Source of the DNA: Candidatus Poribacteria bacterium
GTDB taxonomy: Bacteria > Poribacteria > WGA-4E > PCPOR2b
Assembly: GCA_965116925.1 (NCBI GenBank)
Contig: OZ220744.1
Span: forward strand, 2,112,001 to 2,176,000
Length of the DNA stretch: 64,000 bases
Reading direction: 5' to 3'
Both the position numbers and the translations under genes were made by a program. This document shows positions 61,626 through 64,000 of this stretch, in pieces (within the stretch, counting starts at the first letter, position 1; the number at the start of each line of letters is the position of its first letter). The notes beneath the pieces were generated by a model, which ran no database searches, had not been told where the DNA came from, and was given only the letters and a program-made list of their open reading frames with translations.

Positions 61626-62357
61626 ATGTCTCAGATTAAATCTGTTCTACTATGGGAAAATCCCCGACGATATATCCGTGAAGCGATTGATGAAGGAACG
61701 CTCAGGGGCGCGATTATCCCAACAGGCAGCACCGAGCAACATAACGAACATCTGGCAATGATCCACGATACCGCAAGTGCAGTGCATGTCTCAAAGCTGG
61801 CTGCACAGAAATTATTCCCGGAAGTTGTTGTGACGACGCCCCTAGCGATTGGCGTGTCAGAGCACTGGATGGATCACAAAGGAACGCTGACACTTCGCGC
61901 TGAAGTATTCGGACAGGTTCTGTATGACGTGGCAGATAGTATGCGTCGTCACGGGATTACAAATATATTGATTATCAATGGACATGCCGGCAATGCAGCT
62001 CCCGTAAATGAACGGTTGGATGGCTACCGCGAAAAACTCGGTATCAATATTGACTTTCACTCATATTGGGAAGCGTATTCCCCAGAGTTTGTCCAAGAGC
62101 AGATGGAGACGGGCAGATGCCCCGGCCATGCTGCAGAGTTTGAAACGGCGTTTGCGTGGGCAGCCTTTCCGGAAAATGTCGATTGGGACGGTGTGGACTA
62201 TGACAGTGCCAAATTGACTATCTCCAATCCGGATCAGGCTGAAGCTGATCGGATGTATCATCATGATGCGAAAGTAGCAACCGCCGAAAAAGGGCAGGCG
62301 ATGATTGATGTCGCTGTCGATTGGGTTGCTGACAGGATGCAGCAGATGATGAGCTAG
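61626..62357 (+). CDS. Creatininase family protein
   Basis: PTGSTEQH..HL...HD, NGHAGN, GHAAEFET. Confidence 0.92.
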   Translation: MSQIKSVLLWENPRRYIREAIDEGTLRGAIIPTGSTEQHNEHLAMIHDTASAVHVSKLAAQKLFPEVVVTTPLAIGVSEHWMDHKGTLTLRAEVFGQVLYDVADSMRRHGITNILIINGHAGNAAPVNERLDGYREKLGINIDFHSYWEAYSPEFVQEQMETGRCPGHAAEFETAFAWAAFPENVDWDGVDYDSAKLTISNPDQAEADRMYHHDAKVATAEKGQAMIDVAVDWVADRMQQMMS

Positions 62358-62415
62358 CCTTCAACCTTGCGTGGGTTTAATACCTTCGCAAGGTGCAGCT
62401 ACTGAGGTGAAAACT

Positions 62416-63417
62416 ATGCAAACCAAAATTCTGGGCAGAACTGGACTGGAAGTGCCGATTGTGGGTTTGGGGGCTGCGTTTATTGGGATTCCGACCCCTA
62501 ATCAGGCCGCTGAAGAATACCCTGAAGATCCCAATAATCTTCGGGGTGATGAATTTCTGACTAGCTACATGGAGGAAGATCTCGGTGTGCGAACCATCCA
62601 TGCTGCGATCGAGGCTGGCAGCACACTCATCGACACCGCTCCCCTTTACGGTGGCACCCGAAGCGAAACAACAATTGGTCGCGCGCTCCAAGCGCGTCCA
62701 GATTTAGCTGCCAAGTGTACCGTTACTACCAAGGTCGGACAAATCACGATGGATGCGAAAGATTATAGTTTCGATGCAATCCTACGTGATGTGGAAGCTA
62801 GCCAAGAGCGTCTAGGCATTGAACAATTTGAGGTTCTCTACATTCACGATCCCATGGATGTGCCTATGAAGCAGGTGATGGGACGAGATGGCGCGTTGGG
62901 AGCGTTGCGAAAACTACAGAAGGAGGGAGTTGTTCAATATGTTGGTGCTGCAGCTAACGAACCCGAAACGAATGCTCCCTACATCGAAACTGGGGAATTT
63001 GATGCTGCTGTAGTGCCAGAGGCTTGGAGCCTTCTGAATCAACTTGCGGCGGAACGCATCTTACCCGCTGCGGAGAAGCATAACGTCGGGCTTGTCGTTG
63101 CGACGCCGCTTGAACGAGGGCTGCTTGCAACAGGACCGGTGTCGGATATCAACTATCTGGCACGCAACTTCAGCCAAGATTGCCTAGACCACGTTTCCAA
63201 AATCCAGACACTCTGCCGTGACTACAATGTTCCGATGGTAGCTGCGTCCCTTCAATGGTGTACCCGTCATCCGCAGGTCGCTGCAACAATACCAGGTGCT
63301 CGTACCCCTGAAGAAGCGATTGAGAACGCGAAGGCAGGAACGGTTGAAATTCCGGATGCTTTCTGGGAAGATTTGGCACCTCTCGTGCGACATTTTGAGA
63401 TTGGGGTTGATCGTTAA
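62416..63417 (+). CDS. Aldo/keto reductase
   Basis: LGRTGLEV, IDTAPLYG, TTKVG, IHDP, IPGART. Confidence 0.93.
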   Translation: MQTKILGRTGLEVPIVGLGAAFIGIPTPNQAAEEYPEDPNNLRGDEFLTSYMEEDLGVRTIHAAIEAGSTLIDTAPLYGGTRSETTIGRALQARPDLAAKCTVTTKVGQITMDAKDYSFDAILRDVEASQERLGIEQFEVLYIHDPMDVPMKQVMGRDGALGALRKLQKEGVVQYVGAAANEPETNAPYIETGEFDAAVVPEAWSLLNQLAAERILPAAEKHNVGLVVATPLERGLLATGPVSDINYLARNFSQDCLDHVSKIQTLCRDYNVPMVAASLQWCTRHPQVAATIPGARTPEEAIENAKAGTVEIPDAFWEDLAPLVRHFEIGVDR

Positions 63418-63496
63418 GCAAGCTAAAAGAGCGCATCTGATGCTACATAAACGGCGTATGAATTCAAATCTTTTTCTGGTATTGAGGAGCAACTTG

Positions 63497-63922
63497 ATGA
63501 AACAGATATTAATGACGACAGCTGCCAGCTCAATTATTATTCTGATGGGTCTTGGTTGTAGTTCGATAAGTCAGCTTACTACGGAAACTATATACGACGC
63601 AAGAGTGCAAATAGAAGCAGCCAAAGCAGCGAACGCTCAAAACCTCGCGCCTCAAGAGTTAGCGGACGCAGAACAGATGCTTGTTCGATCGGAAGAGATG
63701 TGGAACGCGGGAAAAGAGACAGACGCATATAGATTGGGAATGCGCGCTCAGTTGAAGGCCAGAATGGCGGAAGCCATCGCTGTTGCAAATCAGACAGAGG
63801 TGGAAGCTAGCAGTTCGGAAGGTGCGTTGGAATTGAAATTACAGACTGCAGCAGCCGCACATAGAGACTTGGAACAGGCAAAACAGGAATTAGAAGAGTT
63901 GCAATTAACACCCGAAGAATAG
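63497..63922 (+). CDS. DUF4398-like lipoprotein
   Basis: Lipobox GLGC, AKAANAQNLAPQELADAEQ, coiled coil; GAGGAG RBS. Confidence 0.7.
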   Translation: MKQILMTTAASSIIILMGLGCSSISQLTTETIYDARVQIEAAKAANAQNLAPQELADAEQMLVRSEEMWNAGKETDAYRLGMRAQLKARMAEAIAVANQTEVEASSSEGALELKLQTAAAAHRDLEQAKQELEELQLTPEE

Positions 63923-64000
63923 TGCTATTCTGAGGTAAGAGGAAGATTAGCTTATTCTTAGAAAGAGAATAATTCTTAGTCGTAGTCATTGGAGGAATGG

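Overview
A 64-kb bacterial chromosomal window of roughly 50% GC, judged by eye. The gene content resembles Candidatus Poribacteria, but that assignment is inference only: six Gfo/Idh/MocA oxidoreductases, many hydrolases, and TPR, ankyrin, PQQ and DUF4159 proteins. Housekeeping genes (trpB, rpsU, groES-groEL, a pspA-family gene) are scattered among catabolic and envelope genes. There is one apparently intact IS5-family element (25061-25946, TTA target duplication). No rRNA, tRNA or CRISPR array was seen. Main observations: (1) a 1057-aa UvrD/PcrA helicase whose 2B region holds a degenerate RecJ-like DHH segment, itself split by a catalytically complete DEDDh exonuclease; (2) nested intergenic repeats, in which at least four TIR-bounded MITE-like shells carry interchangeable GTAG-REP hairpins of 12 or more sequence types, including a length-conserved 101-bp element; (3) sigma-54 promoter motifs upstream of groESL, a DUF4159 gene and pspA, with candidate enhancer palindromes at the first two; (4) an in-frame-deleted MmeI-type restriction enzyme that keeps its nuclease motif but lacks the methyltransferase and TRD. 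All family calls come from visual motif recognition; no database searches were run.
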